Part shown: positions 63,191-64,000 of the stretch, one piece after another | Numbering within the stretch: position 1 is the stretch's first letter | Layout: the number at the start of each line of letters is the position of its first letter | From: Macrostomum lignano | Lineage: Eukaryota | NCBI GenBank assembly: GCA_002269645.1 | Contig: NIVC01000250.1 | Span: forward strand, 172,650 to 236,649 | DNA length: 64,000 nt | Direction of reading: 5' to 3' | Position numbers and translations under genes: made by a program | Notes under the pieces: model-generated | Database searches by the model: none | What the model was told of the DNA's origin: nothing | Seen by the model: the letters and a program-made list of their open reading frames with translations, nothing else

Positions 63191-63578
63191 TGTGTGGAGA
63201 GCTACCAATAATAGTACAAAGCGTGGGTTCGCTTGTACTATTGGTACTTGTTGATTCGCTTCGATAAAATCAGTTCAGCGAAACGAGCAAAGAAAGTAAA
63301 AGAAATTTAGGATGCTTTTCTCTACTCTCAGCAGCTCTCTAAGCCTGCCATACATGCGCTCCAATAGCTTCTGCTCAGTCAGGTGTGTCTTCTAGTAAGA
63401 GAAGAAATGGAAAGTGGAAGGGCCTGAGAAGGACAGGCCAAATACTCTCGCACATAACCGGAGTGTGCTATAGATCAGTCTGCCTTGAAAGCAGTGTACA
63501 GAAATTGTTATTGAAGCTACAGATCTACGTGAATAAACTGATATAACTTTTCTAAAATAAATAAATGCCTTAATATTT

Positions 63579-64000
<422 letters not shown>

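Noticed and set aside
62640-63400. Possible minus-strand exons (EVPRMYSC..ERAKFVLLNIV..; KTHLTEQKLLERMYGRL)
   Set aside because: Acceptor-like sites exist, but I could not build a phase-consistent model or recognise a domain.

Overview
Eukaryotic (metazoan) genomic DNA with AT-rich intergenic sequence, GC-rich exons and minisatellite-filled introns. It looks flatworm-like (e.g. Macrostomum), but that is inference only. Five host genes can be spliced by hand with phase-consistent GT-AG junctions: (1) the 5' part of a large RNF213/mysterin-like gene (minus, 8092 to <1) with a 42-bp coding repeat; (2) Rab10-like GTPase (minus, 19961-23714); (3) a canonical three-exon Src-family kinase (45365-49596); (4) a C10orf67-like coiled-coil gene (minus, 55278-61252); (5) an intronless, divergent Src paralogue (58056-59557) nested antisense in an intron of gene 4, lacking both the myristoylation Gly and the C-terminal inhibitory Tyr. 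Mobile DNA is abundant: a near-intact 4.4-kb Mag-type Ty3/Gypsy element, an older Gypsy interrupted by a BEL/Pao-containing insert, a Penelope remnant with tandem minimal hammerhead ribozymes, RTE, SINE and mariner remnants, and several MITEs. The most unusual object is a 6.5-kb hAT element (31616-38117; 14-bp TIR, perfect 8-bp TSD). Its ZNF862/KIAA1586-like transposase appears to be spliced in frame to an N-terminal signal peptide plus a lamin-tail-like domain. It also carries a ~1.6-kb array of its own subterminal motif and has spawned MITEs nearby. Several single-base indels fall in or near homopolymers and may be assembly errors. All homology calls come from motif recognition by eye, not database searches.
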